A DNA stretch of 64,000 nucleotides from NCBI RefSeq assembly GCF_006345805.1, contig NW_021825821.1, forward strand, positions 372,001 to 436,000. Reading direction: 5' to 3'. A program made the translations under genes and the position numbers. Of the stretch, positions 49,613-61,934 are shown one piece after another. Below the pieces are notes generated by a model. The model saw only the letters and a list, made by a program, of their open reading frames with translations, ran no database searches and was not told the origin of the DNA. Source of the stretch: Octopus sinensis. Its lineage: Eukaryota. Each line of letters opens with the position of its first letter. Position 1 is the first letter of the stretch.

Positions 49613-50690
49613 TTAATTATCATTAATATTTCTGTCAATCATAGAACATAATCTATTTTTTAAAGAGTCGTGATTTCTACACTGAATTGCAAAAATCCAA
49701 ACGCATATGCTAGCTACACATCTTATCAAATTAAGAGTCTCCCACGTGTGACCAATTTGACAATATTCCACATCAGGATTAAATATGTTATTTCCGGTCA
49801 CATTAAGTATCATTGAATCGTCGTAATTGCCAATACATATATCCGACGACATGTTGGCCAGACTTGCGCATAGCCCCAAAATGCTAAAAAATATTGCCGG
49901 AATTGTAGGGCGCAATAATTCCTGAGCAAAACGAGGTCCTAGAAGTTTAGTGAAATCAATTCTAAGGTTTACAGATAAAATATAAAACCTGTCAAGCAGA
50001 CTCACAGTTGAAAATGATAAACAGACGTAGTATAGAATTTGTATATATTTGGAAGTGAAATTTAGAGAATTTATTAGTGTTTTCTTGTCGTAGTTTATTC
50101 TATAAGTATATATAGATACAATCTAATAAAAATTATTTTTTATTATACCTGCCAAATAGCAATTCCTGCCAAAATAGATTGAATAAAAATGGTCCAAGTT
50201 TGAAAACAATTTTGCAAATCAATGGCGTCATTAATACCCCCTTTCGGAAACTTTTAATCTTTTCAATAACAGGGGGTCTAGAGTTTTGTTCATTTAAAAA
50301 TTTTTGTCTTCCAACACTTTTAAATTTGTCTAAAATCACGAAATCAATCTGGAATTACCTTTATTTTGCATGTAAAGATATTTAGACAAATCACTCGCTA
50401 CGTTGGCCTGTGGAAGATGTCCTGAATTACCAACATGGGTTGTCGTAATGACGTCATCTTGGATGTCTTCAACGTCTAATGAAATCCCAATTAAAGGGTG
50501 TTTGCGATTTGATCTAAAATTTGTTTCTTATTATAAAACTGTCTTTTATTTTTGTTAGGAGAAATATTGTTGGAGTCCTTTTAAAGTTATTATATAATTT
50601 ACGTTTGTTTGAATATTAGGAAGAGGTCTAGAACTTCTTTTCGGTTTCTAGAATTTTTGAAATATTGTATACGATTAGTTTATTGTCCAT
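49613..50690 (-). CDS. Hypothetical multi-exon membrane protein; exon model partly uncertain
   Basis: Open exons separated by short GT-AG intron-like gaps; hydrophobic segments such as PAIFFSILGLCASLA and LIRCVASICVWIFAI. One 5' phase mismatch unresolved. Confidence 0.45.
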
Positions 50691-50851
50691 TTGTAATCTC
50701 CATGGTATTAAAAATAATTTCATCTTGAAATAACATTTTTAATAAAAAATAAAATTTGTCAGTTTTTTCCAAATAGTTAATTTGTTGAAAAATTAAATAA
50801 AAATTATGATTTTTAAGTAAAAATTAATTAGTCCGAAATAATTTAAATTGT

Positions 50852-51490
50852 TTATATGTAATCAGCTTTCTTTACACTACGTCTCCTCTTTTTTGTTGTT
50901 CCAAATTTAGTGTCTGCAAAATCCGCATGGCTGTAAAGTAGCTGTCTGCCAACTCCTCTTGATAGTTTTCCCGACTCGTAGTAGTACCCGTTATCCCTCA
51001 AAATATCTCCCAGATTAACATAACTCGGTCTATTCCCCTCCTGAAGATTGATTAGCGGGTCATTTATCCAGTTTATAGCACAATCAGGGTTTTCAATTTG
51101 TGGCAGCAGTAAAACCCTTATTTGATTGCCAATATCAACGTAACGGAGTGTGGGGGACATGACCATGATCAACTCGGACGGCACATACTTGAAAACTTCC
51201 ACCATTTCAAGACAACTCAATTTTGCTGCGTTTATTATTTCGGCTTTCATTTCGTCATTTCCTACAAAAAATTTGGTCGAATTTTGATTTGTTAAAATTC
51301 CATTTTCCGGATGTTCCTCGTACAAACGCTCACATAGAAGTTGGAGGATCCGAGCTTTAAGTAATTCGAAAAAATTGTCCACTCGAAGTCTTGGGAGATG
51401 TCCGTAGAGATATGAGGACACCAGCTGACTTACTTGAGGAGCATGACGGAAAATATCTTCTTTTACTAATCGAATTTTCGCCTGCATCAT
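50852..51490 (-). CDS. Hypothetical protein (>=210 aa); true start may lie in an upstream exon
   Basis: Long open frame with coding-like composition in AT-rich surroundings; basic C-terminal KKRRR. Confidence 0.6.
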   Translation of the reverse strand: MMQAKIRLVKEDIFRHAPQVSQLVSSYLYGHLPRLRVDNFFELLKARILQLLCERLYEEHPENGILTNQNSTKFFVGNDEMKAEIINAAKLSCLEMVEVFKYVPSELIMVMSPTLRYVDIGNQIRVLLLPQIENPDCAINWINDPLINLQEGNRPSYVNLGDILRDNGYYYESGKLSRGVGRQLLYSHADFADTKFGTTKKRRRSVKKADYI

Positions 51491-52079
51491 TATAAAATAA
51501 TGTGAGTTTTCTTTTACATGTTTCGGTGGTCACACATGTCTGATCGATCCGCCTATTAATAATTTTTCCAGACTAGTCATAATTTTAGTGTGTATTTTAT
51601 GGATTTGTCAATTTTTTGAATAATTAGTTTTTTTTGTGAAATAAAATTATGTTTTGTGCAGTCAGCTGGATTTGTAATTAAAGAATTGACTTTAATAATT
51701 GTTTTTTTAATAATAATTAGACAAAAATAAAAATTAATTGGCTCTTAAAACATTCAAAAACCTGAGTTAACGACTTTCTGACTATTCCTGAACTATATAA
51801 TTATTTTTATGCCACTCATTGAATATATTCGGCTACAAAAAATGACTCTCGCAGCTAATTTCTTGGAATTCTAAGCATCTCTTGATATCTGTTAATAATT
51901 CTGAAAGGTTTTGTAAGCTAATGATGTTAAATGTTGTCAAAGATTTTCATTTTATAACAATTTTTAGAGATGTATTAAATAACATTAATTGTGCTAAAAT
52001 AATTGTTTGGCTTATATTTTTTAATAAATGTATATAGTTATGTCATTTAATTAAATTAATTAGAATACTGTTTTATGTC

Positions 52080-52523
52080 ATGACCACGGACCTAACAAGT
52101 GATGATATTATAAGAATATCAGACGAATCAATCAAACTTTTACAACACAGCAAATACAATCTTAGAGATTTTATGATGCAAGTTACAACTGTACGCTCAC
52201 TCAAGCTCATAAAGGAAGAGAACTTTGAAAAAATGAAGGAAAGACTTTCTATTCGAGAACATCAAATTATTGAGAGCATTAATAAAGCGAAAAAAAACTA
52301 TTTAATTCTTTCCGAATTTTTTTCTACCGAACAGGACATGTCTCAAAACTCCAATACTATTGGGATTAATTGGGAAATGGTTGATGAAGAAAAAATACAA
52401 GAGTATGATCGGTTAAAACAGGAATGTGAAAGCAGAAAAGAGTTTTTATCCGAGACGCTGAATTCTCTCACAGAACTCGCATTTTACATTGATTCTGTTC
52501 GTAATTGTGATTCCTTGATTTAA
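52080..52523 (+). CDS. Helical protein, possibly Mediator subunit MED30-like, 147 aa
   Basis: IIRISDESIKLL resembles LCRIGQETVQDI; C-terminal EKIQEYDRLKQECESRKEFLSETLNSLTELAFYIDSV resembles MED30 LKQKNQQLKQIMDQLRNLIWDINAM. Similarity judged by eye. Confidence 0.45.
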   Translation: MTTDLTSDDIIRISDESIKLLQHSKYNLRDFMMQVTTVRSLKLIKEENFEKMKERLSIREHQIIESINKAKKNYLILSEFFSTEQDMSQNSNTIGINWEMVDEEKIQEYDRLKQECESRKEFLSETLNSLTELAFYIDSVRNCDSLI

Positions 52524-52799
52524 TTTTCGATTGTAAAAAATTTTCCTACCAAAAAAGTGTTTATCATTTCTTAAATTAATTTGTGGCTGCTATAGGTGCC
52601 GCAATAAGTTACTAAGCCATGTCTTTCTTATCAATTACTAATCAAAGGTTAAAATTAGCTCCATAATTTTCAAGATTCAAATCTAAACTATTACTATTTA
52701 ATTATACCTCATACTCTCTGCAAAATCTGCATGGCTATAAGCTGTCTGCAACTCTCTGTTATGTCTTAAACATGTTCTCGTTCTATTTAATCAGGGCCA

Positions 52800-55000
52800 T
52801 TTATTATCGACTCATTTAATGTTAGAGGATTAACAACGAGTCCGAAACGGAACTCACTGTGCGAGGATTTAGATCGTTATGGATTAGATATGGGTTATTT
52901 CCAAAAGACGAAAGTCACAGGAGGATACGATGACGTTTATAAAAAAATACCACCTAATGTTATTACCGTCGGAGTGTCGACACTAGGGATTGGGATTTGA
53001 TGTTTGGGCTCCGTTGAAGAAGCAAGAGTTCAAAATGTGGAGTGTCGATAATCGTATTGCGATACTTCAAATCAAATTAAAATTAACAGAAAGTAAATTA
53101 TTAGCTATTATTAACATATATGCATCTCATACGGACAGGTTATTGGCTACCCCTGATGAGTGGAGAATTTTATGCCTGCCTTTCCAAAATGAGGAAAACT
53201 AAGAAGTATGTATTGGAAGACATGAAAGAGGATATCAAAATTCATCAGGTGAGTCTTTAATTGGCTTTTGTCTGGCATTCGGCCTTCAACATCTGGCCAG
53301 ACATAGGACGACCTGGACTGGCCATAGAAAAGACCGAGATGACCGGAAGATCACAATATAAAATCAAATAGATTATATATTATGTCGGAACAAATATACA
53401 AATTTGCTTATGGACTCACGCTCATGTGGAGGAGCCATAACAAACAGCGATGACAGAATAACGGTAGCTCGGATATGCATCCAGAAGCTGTTTGGGAACA
53501 TTGCCCAGTTCAACCCAGTCAGCATCAAACGGCGAAGGCTAGGAAAACCGGGAAACTAATAAAAATACATTGAAAAGAAAAAAAATATCAAAATAATATC
53601 GAGCAACATATATTACAACTAAATATGGAAGAGAAGCTAGACGTTCTTCTGGAAAGTTGGGGCCGTTAAACAGGACGCGACGGATACGATCGGATATAGA
53701 GACAATCGTTCAAACAACAACTACGCATAGCATGAGACAAAATAAAGGAAATATCAGAGCATCAAAGAAACATTTCCGTGAGAATCGAAAATTGTTGTCC
53801 AAAAAATAAAAGAGAGCTAAGAAATCTAAGAAACAGAATCTTCATAAAATAAGAGCCCGGGCACGTCTATTATGAAAGAAATATTTAGACAAGAAATTCG
53901 CCGAAATTGAAAAGCTCTCTCATGAAAGTCAGATGTTCGTGGCTGTTTGGATTTTCAAAACTCCAAAATATCGATATGAGACGAATCTGAAGACTTAATA
54001 CTAAATGATGGAGATAAAGCCTCAAGAATTCCTGACTACTTCCAAAAACAATTCCAAACAAATGACACCTATATACTTTAATATATTAGACATCTACGGA
54101 GCCTGTCAAACGAAATAACACAGTCTGAAATCTTAGAAGCATTTTACGTATGAACAATAACAGAGATGCAAAATGCGACGGAGTTCCGGGGAATTAAAAC
54201 TTCACAAGGGGATACCCAATCACTCGTATTATTTATCGTCTATCTGAAGGCAGCTTTGAGAGATCTAAGAGAACAAATCGGAACTCATCTACAAACTCAT
54301 CTACGCGAATGATACCGATTTTGTCGCTGAAAATTTGGAATTTATAGATGTTATTACGGAGAAAATAAAAAAAAATTTGATAAATGGTCTTTCAAAGTCA
54401 ATAAATATAAAACAGAACTTGCCACTATTGAACGGACCCTACCTGCTTGAAGGAGAAGTGGAGGAACACCCGAAAACTTTGATCTGGCAACTTAGGAAAT
54501 ATTACACGAGGAAAGATATTGACCACAACAGCACTCAAAAAATACAATCCATTTTATTGAGAAAAAATCAAATTCATGCAAAGATGCGGCTGCAACTATA
54601 TACGCATTTGTTCGACTAGTCCTTATGTACAACGCAAACACTCGGGGTACGTCAAAGAAAGGCATGAAACAACTTAATTTTTTTCACAGAGCCCAACTAA
54701 GTAAACTCTTTGGTTATTCTTAGCCAAAGAAAATTTCGAACAAAAAAATTATACAGGCTGACTGGATGTGGACCAATAAGCTTTAATGTTCTTGAAGCTT
54801 GTTGGCGCCTCTTTGGATATATCTTAAAAAATGCTCATTACAACTTTGAACTCAACAAATTAAATCCCAGATTCTGCAAGATATACAACAGCTTAGAGAA
54901 ACTGGGGGACCTGGTAAGCAGAACCCAAAAAATTTACTCTCATCGGACATGTTGTGGGAACAGCTAGGAAAGTGGAGGAATCACTAGAGTCTTTGCAACT
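52800..55000 (+). mobile_element. Degraded RTE-like LINE with APE endonuclease and RT remnants
   Basis: FNVRGL, DNRIAIL..INIYAS, TTWTG..QIDYIL, SD(H)RI, SQGDTQSLVLFIVYLKAALR and RWRLFGYIL. Confidence 0.85.
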
Positions 55001-55049
55001 AAAAAAATGTTAGTTCGATTAAAACATGCAAAAATAGTCCACCTAGTTT

Positions 55050-55750
55050 TGACGTGATTTCAATCGCACCATACAAGAAAACACCGGAGAAGCTACTTTC
55101 TACCATCTGTGAGATTTTCAATTTAAGTTGGTTGTTTGGTCATCTACCTATGCCCTGGAAAAAAAATGTTGTATGCATATCCAAAAACCTAGGTAAAGAC
55201 CAAGGAGTTTATTACAAACCATTAGCCTTATCTGCACATTGTCCAGAATCATGAAAAAAATTAGAATACAAACTTTCTTTGCACCAACAGTGGATTTTTC
55301 ATCGAAGGAGATCATGTGAGGACTTCCTTTTGAACTCCACCATGAGATTTCCACGAAAAGCTCTAATAATACGACATTAACTGCTATCTGTTCTAATATC
55401 ACTAAGGCATTTGACATTATATGAGAGTTGGAATTTTTGGCCGGAGTCTCTGAGGTGAAATAGGACATATTATCTTTTAATTGGATCAGAATTTTTTTAA
55501 GAGATAGAAATTCTTATATCAGATGCTGAAACAGTGTATCAAAACTTCTGCCACTAAAGAGAAGTGTCCCATAGGGATATCTGATAAATCCTCTGCTATC
55601 CAACATTTACGTTGTAGATATGTCAAAACTAATGAATCATGACTGTTGTTTAATTATCTACGCTGATGATACCCTAATAACGGATAAATCATGGCATCTT
55701 GGCAATCCACAGCGCAGATTGATTAAACTAGTCAAATAAATAAAATGTTG
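55050..55750 (+). mobile_element. Jockey/I-like RT fragment, degraded
   Basis: IFNLSW..GHLP..WKK, DITKAFD and NPLLSNIYVVD..YADD. Confidence 0.75.
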
Positions 55751-55799
55751 GTGCCAAGTAAAAGACTTATCTTTGAGGCCAAAAAAACCCAGAGTTAAG

Positions 55800-55960
55800 C
55801 ATAAATCAATGACGCTCCCCTTCCTTCGCTCCCTCGGTCGACGGATATCAAGAGTAAGATACGATTCCAGAGTCATTCTGGCTCTTAGAACGTCTGTCGA
55901 TTGCCGTGATCCGTTGGAATGGCTTTGCTATTCGCGAGGCTGGCCGAGCGTCTCGTGAGA
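55800..55960 (+). mobile_element. CRE-clade 3' fragment
   Basis: FLRSLGRRIS..DSR(fs)WLLERLSIAVIR(fs)NGFAIREAG. Confidence 0.65.
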
Positions 55961-56699
55961 CCATTAGGTAATTTATAACTCGCTTGTTTGCATTTATTTC
56001 TCTTCGTTTTGAAATAAAAAAATTAATGAAGATAAATGATAGACATTCTAAAAGTCTACTATTTAAATTCAAACAAAATTTGGAAATGATTTACCTTGGA
56101 GTGGTATTTCAAATATCAATTAGCTACTTAAAAGATGTACAATTAGGAAAAAACGGCGACCAAAATTCTGAAATGTTTAATTTATTTCAACGTGATGAAA
56201 AACTTACAATTTTGTCTAAAGTCTGTGGTGGACCCAATATTATCATATGGATGCAAAATCTGAATGTTCTCTGGTGAAATACAATTGGAAGATAACTCCA
56301 AATCGGCCATAAAAATTGACAATCAATTCTGCCTTCTCTAGATAATTCTAAAAAAAGGTTGTGTACAAAGTCAACAGAAAAATTTTGAAGATTTAAAAAC
56401 AAGGGTTAATCTATTATTTATAAACGGTCAACAGTGTGAAGAGGCTATGTTAGGTCTCATAACAAGACCATCCCTTTAACCACATAACTTGTTTCGTTCT
56501 CTCGGTTTCGCGTTAAATAAAACATTCAATTCAATTATATGAATTATAAAAATATTTTAATCCTGGTCTCCAAAAATTTTCCCCTCTTAGGAGAACTATC
56601 CACCAACTCACTATTTGCACGTTCATGCTCCGAATCATTTATAATTTGCCCATTTGTTTTACCCTGAGGTTCTTCGCAAAATTTGTTTTTTAATTTCAA

Positions 56700-57500
56700 C
56701 CAACTGGCTTGCTGCCGTAATGACTTCTTTTTAAGACGTATGAATGCCATGCATATGCTCCACCACCATGTTTTCTAGTGTTTTCTTCATAACAATTGGC
56801 TGATGTATGTTCTCATCGGGCCTTAAACTGATAATTTCTCCATATGGGCTTTATTAATTTCCCTGTTTTTTTACTCCAAACTATCTGCAAACGTGCAAAT
56901 AAATGCATCTCACAATCTTGTTGTGCCTTCTCACATAGACATTATTTTACATTCTGTTGCACATCACGAACATATGGGTTATTGTTTTCTTAGTTTTCTT
57001 GCAATGATCACATAGGCACCATGCGTAGTAAAAAACAAATTTCTATCTTTTGAGAGGAAATGCAGAACTTCACTCCTTCACACCTTTTTTCCAACCACTC
57101 ACTAGAAATTTATTTGATCAACATTAGTATTTTCTTCACATCTGAACAAGACATAATAAAATTCCTTGTTCTTAATTTTGTTCAATAAATATTGCACAAG
57201 AGCTTCTCTCAGAGATTTGCCAGTGATATATAGTTTATCAGCCATTCCACATTTAGAAGGAATAAATCCTGCAATCGTCCCCATATTCGGTTTCTGTGAA
57301 TTAATAACCCGCAGGATCCCCGACCTCCTAAGACAGAAAGCAGACTTCTCCATGGTGGTCAAGAACTGAAGAAACATTAATTCACTCTTAAAAGCTATTA
57401 TTAATTTTGCGTAAAGTGCGGTAATTGTTTTTGTGCCCAATTGTAGTTTTGTGTAGGAAAATCGTTAACAAATACGCAATAAATGACCACGGAGAAAAGA
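56700..57500 (-). mobile_element. Degraded R4/Dong-like REL retroelement
   Basis: ELMFLQF..FCLRRSGIL aligns with 41070-41336; CDHCKKTKKTITHMFVMC..VRRHNKIVRCI zinc knuckle. Confidence 0.75.
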
Positions 57501-58058
57501 TTTGCTGTTCCGTTTGCTACAAAAAGAACTTTATGCCATCCTATATACAAAAAATAAAACCGACTTCCGTAATGAACAATGACTAGTTAAAATATCAAAC
57601 AACGTTTAATGGAGAAGGTGAAAGACAATGCAATACCAAGGGGTGCAATTATATCGCGCCCTTAATGTATTTATGATATTCCACAACGCTGTGCTTCAAG
57701 TGTGAAAGTTGCGACAAAAGCTCAATCCTGGTCGAGTCAACATGATGAAATCTACTGCAAGCGTACTCTCATTCAGATCGAAACCAAGAATGTCACGCCA
57801 AAATCTTGGGATTAAGAGAGTCGGATTTAAAGCAAAGGCGCGTAACATGAATTAAAAATCACTGTCAAGACAAACTAATAAATTGTTACTCATCTCGCTT
57901 TACTCCAAAATTTATATGCTCATCGATAGTCAACAATGATCGTCAAACTTTGGATAATCCCCAAAGCAGAGCCAACTTAATTTTGTAATGAATAAAAAAC
58001 AATCATGTAAGTATGAAAAGTGAAAGTTTGAAATAAAATATTTGTGGAGAAATATCCA

Positions 58059-61000
58059 TTACCGATTGAACCGACGGACTGCCTTATAAACCGGCCTGCA
58101 ACATATCTTCAACCAATACCTGTCCGGTTTTGCAAATGGATTAATTCCTCCCTTGCCTCCAAATGGTTTAGCAGAGGATTGTCCAAATACAGGAGTAGCC
58201 GGTTGTTGGAACCCGGTGGAGTCATCTAACCGTACAAACAAAGATCAACTTGGATTATTAAAAGTGACATTCACTGGTTGATTTTCTATAGAGACGAATT
58301 GAACAATCAAACTACCTTTAGGGGGATTCCAAACCGGCAGTTTCGGGGAAGACTCAGGAAAACTCGCGTTGACAACAGGAGAATAATCAGTCGAGCCTTC
58401 CAACTAAAACACGAACTATCTTACCAAACAGAGGACGGTCGACCTTACTCTGGTTAGCATCTAGGAATATTACAAACACTAACTAACTAAATGGGGTGTC
58501 AATTGGTTTCTGAAAACCTGGGAGAGGCCCACCAGAAGACGAAGAAGTCGGAAAAGATCCAAAATTGAACCCAGGCATTGGTGCCGAGACAGCTGGTGAA
58601 CTGCCAAAATTAAAGGCCGGTTTATTGAAAGAGGTGGAAGAGGCCCCAGAATGTGGGACAGATGATGTAGACGACACTCCAAATGTGAAAGGAGAGGACA
58701 CATGCGAAGCACCGAATTTAAAAGAATCCGAGCCCCCCGGAGTAGACGGAATCCCAAAAGTAAAGGGAGTAGATAAATTAGAAGTCGTAGTTGAGGGTTC
58801 GGACGATTTGACAGCAGATGGGACTGAAGACGTTCCAAAATTAAAAGGTGAGGGAACGTTTGACTTGGTAGCTGACGGTATTCCAAAAGTGAAGGGTTCA
58901 CTCGACTTGCCAGTTGATTGTGATCCAAAAGTACCAAAGGAAAATTCCGCCGACTTGGAAATAGATTGAACTCCAAAATTAAAGGGTTCTGTTGATTTGA
59001 CACTAGATTCAACTCCAAAAGTAAGAGTAGAAGAGTCGGCGGGTTTTGCAACAGATGGAGCTCCAAAATTAAATGATGAAACTTGAGATGAACTGGCCGT
59101 GACACCAAAATTAAATGGGGAAGGCCTGGATGTTACGGAAGCAGACGTGACACCGAAATTAAAAACAGGAGGCCCAGATGAAGTGGGAGCAGAAGTAACT
59201 CCAAAATTAAAAGGAGAAGCTGTGGTTGAGATTGGACCAGACGTGACTCCAAAATTAAAAGGAGAAGCTGTAGTTGAGATTGGAGCAGAAGTGACTCCAA
59301 AATTAAAAGGAGAAGCTGTGGTTGAGATTGGAGCAGAAGTAACTCCAAAATTAAAAGAAGCTGTAGTTGAGATTGGAGCAGACGTGACTCCAAAATTAAA
59401 AGGAGAAGGTGTAGTTAAGATCGGAGCAGACGTGACTCCAAAAATAGTGGATTCAGCAGATTTGGAAACAGATGTGAATTGAATATTTGATGATGACGAC
59501 TCGGAAGATTTTGCAGCAAAATCAAAAGAGGGGAGACCGACGGAAATGTTACTGCCAGAAACTCCCGAAGTAAAGAGAGGTACATCAGTGGACTTGGAAA
59601 TCGACGGGACTACAAAAGCAGAACAAGCGGGATTTTTCAAATTGGTCAGCGTGGCTCCAAATGAGTCAACACCACTGACAGCACTTGAAGCGATCTGTGG
59701 GATGCTGGAATCCGTAGATTGAGACAAACATGGAATTGACATGGGAGTTGCAGAAAAACCAGAACTGAGACAAATAGGAGGAAATGTAGTTGTAAGTTTT
59801 GTAGTTTGGGGTAAAAGTGAGGTGGAGGGAACCGATGAAGTGAAAAAAGAGCCAGCATTCAAATCAGTTGATACAATATTTGTAGAAACAACATTCTGAT
59901 GAGTGGTGGATAATTCCAATGACTTTGTCGTATCTTTAGAAATAAAATTGTTTGAGGCAATACTGAATGGAGTAGTACAAGGAATCTCAGATGAAGAAGG
60001 AAATAACGAACAACTCATCCCGGAGGTGGTTGTGGGCAAAATAGAGTCCGCTGGTTGACCAATGGACACACTTGAGGCAGAATAAATAAAATCAGACGAT
60101 GGCATAGCCGAAGAAATAATGTCGGACTTGTTGCCAGTAGATGGATGTAGTTCTAGTCGATTAAGCACGATATTATTACTGGTTTGGCAGACAGGACAAC
60201 TAGCATCAGTTTGTGCGACCGCGAGCATACAAGTAGGACATTTAAGGGTATTTTTGGGAGTATGCCAAGACACATCGGATGTCGGCTTGGGATCACCTAA
60301 AAATTAATGAAAAATAAAAACATGTGTTATATGATAATAGTTTAGACCGCAAATGACATTCCCGGATGATCCCGTCAATCCATTTGAGGGTGATCGGACT
60401 GTCCTTGCTCGAATCACTCGCACGATAAAGGAGACAAATCTCGTTCATTTCCTTGGTAATGCCCTCAAGGTCGGTAGTGTTAAGAGAGGGACTCATTAGT
60501 CTCTCCTCCAAATCAGTAGCACGTCTAACTAAGTCATTCCTCTCCCCTAGAATAAATTTAGACGCCCACAATCAACCCGACACGTCTTTATCTCCAGTCT
60601 GATTCTAAACATAAATTCACACAACAACCACGAAAGATAAGTTAGGGAAAGGAAGACACTCCTCAAAGCCAGGGAGTCTGACCGAATTTTGAGGACAGTC
60701 TGGAATAAATAAAAAATCAAACCCATCATATTCCCCGCCGTCGTAATTTTTGGTTGGACGGGTTTGGAGAATGAAAAATTGAAGCTTTCAGGCTTTGACA
60801 CGTTTTTTGAACAGAAAAACAAATCGGGATGATTCTAAAATACTGCAGATTCTATACCGAGACAGATCTAGTGAGAAAGCGAGTGGACCGATCAGTTTTA
60901 GCTGGTCTGTCAACTTTGGCATGACCACCCTCCTCCTTCTAATCAAAATGACAGCAAAACTTTACTTTTTGTGGAGAAACGTCAAATCGAACTCGTTTTG

Positions 61001-61848
61001 CAGGACGAGTGTCTGAATACGAACAGTCCGCCTCATTTTCATCACATGGATGTACTCCTCTCTACGAATAACCATTTTTCCGATTACCTTCCGACTTGTG
61101 GAAAGTGAACCCGAACATACGCCTCCATCTGCGTCCTACATCTGTCATACAAACAAAAAAACAGGAAGATTTTTGAGCAACTGGAGCAGTTTGCGAGTAT
61201 TTGTAGAAGTAACAGTCGACCCCCTGTCCCGGTTTTTTTTCTCATACTAAAATAATAACGAAAGCATTAATATATTTAAGGGCCACTCCAACGTTAGAAC
61301 AACTGAAAATTATCAAAATATTGAATAAATAATATTTTAATCAAATAAAGTCATTCTAACGTCAGAGTTGACCTCACTACATTGATCTACGTAATTACCG
61401 CTACCTTCAGAGAAAAAGATCGAACAGGCGACGAATGAAAGGAACTCTGCTTATTACTACCGGATAAGTCCAAGTTCTCCCTTCCTCGCCCAATGTAGGT
61501 GATGTTAGGGCCACCAACTCCTGGTAATGACTAATTAATACGATAATTGTCATGACTAATCCAGGAACTGTTCAATGTTGAGTAGTCTGGTCGTAGTTTT
61601 GGAAGAGGAGAACTCTCAATTCGTGTAGGGTTTGTCTCTGAAAAAATTATTGTGTAAATTATTTTACCAGTTGAGTCGTCTGGGGTGTTTTTACGTTTTG
61701 AAGGGTTCAGAACTGTGGTGAGCCATTCTGAACTTTTCGATACTCTGTCTTTTACTTTGTTCATGATAGACTAAAATATATTTATTATAAGCTTGAAATG
61801 TAAGAAATAATAATTATATAAATGGCCCACCTGACCAGCATCATCCAT
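58059..61848 (-). CDS. NUP153: Nucleoporin Nup153-like, multi-exon; some internal junctions unresolved
   Basis: N-terminal SIMNKVKDRVSKSSEWL (cf. GILSRVTESVK..WL), RanBP2-type finger CPTC..CPVC, many FxFG repeats and basic C-terminal KAVRR. Confidence 0.75.
59099..59445 (-). repeat. Coding 48-bp tandem repeat encoding FNFGVTSAPISTTASP
   Basis: About 8 FNFGV motifs at mostly 48-nt spacing; the central units are nearly identical at DNA level. Confidence 0.92.
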
Positions 61849-61934
61849 TTACAAAACGTTGTACCAAATTTATTTATTTAAATAATTATTAAATATGATA
61901 ATTATATTAGTTTTCAAATTAAGTATAACTCCGC

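Noticed and set aside
57102-57440. piggyBac transposase
   Set aside because: Initial resemblance was superficial. The segment aligns with the retroelement ORF at 41070-41336 and leads into an RRH zinc knuckle; no paired TTAA/CCC ends were found.
58565-59482. Plus-strand ORFs 58565..58969 and 59099..59482
   Set aside because: Antisense shadows of the Nup153 FG-repeat exon. The same applies to 81..437, 607..804, 6881..7237 and 16325..16774 opposite real genes or elements.
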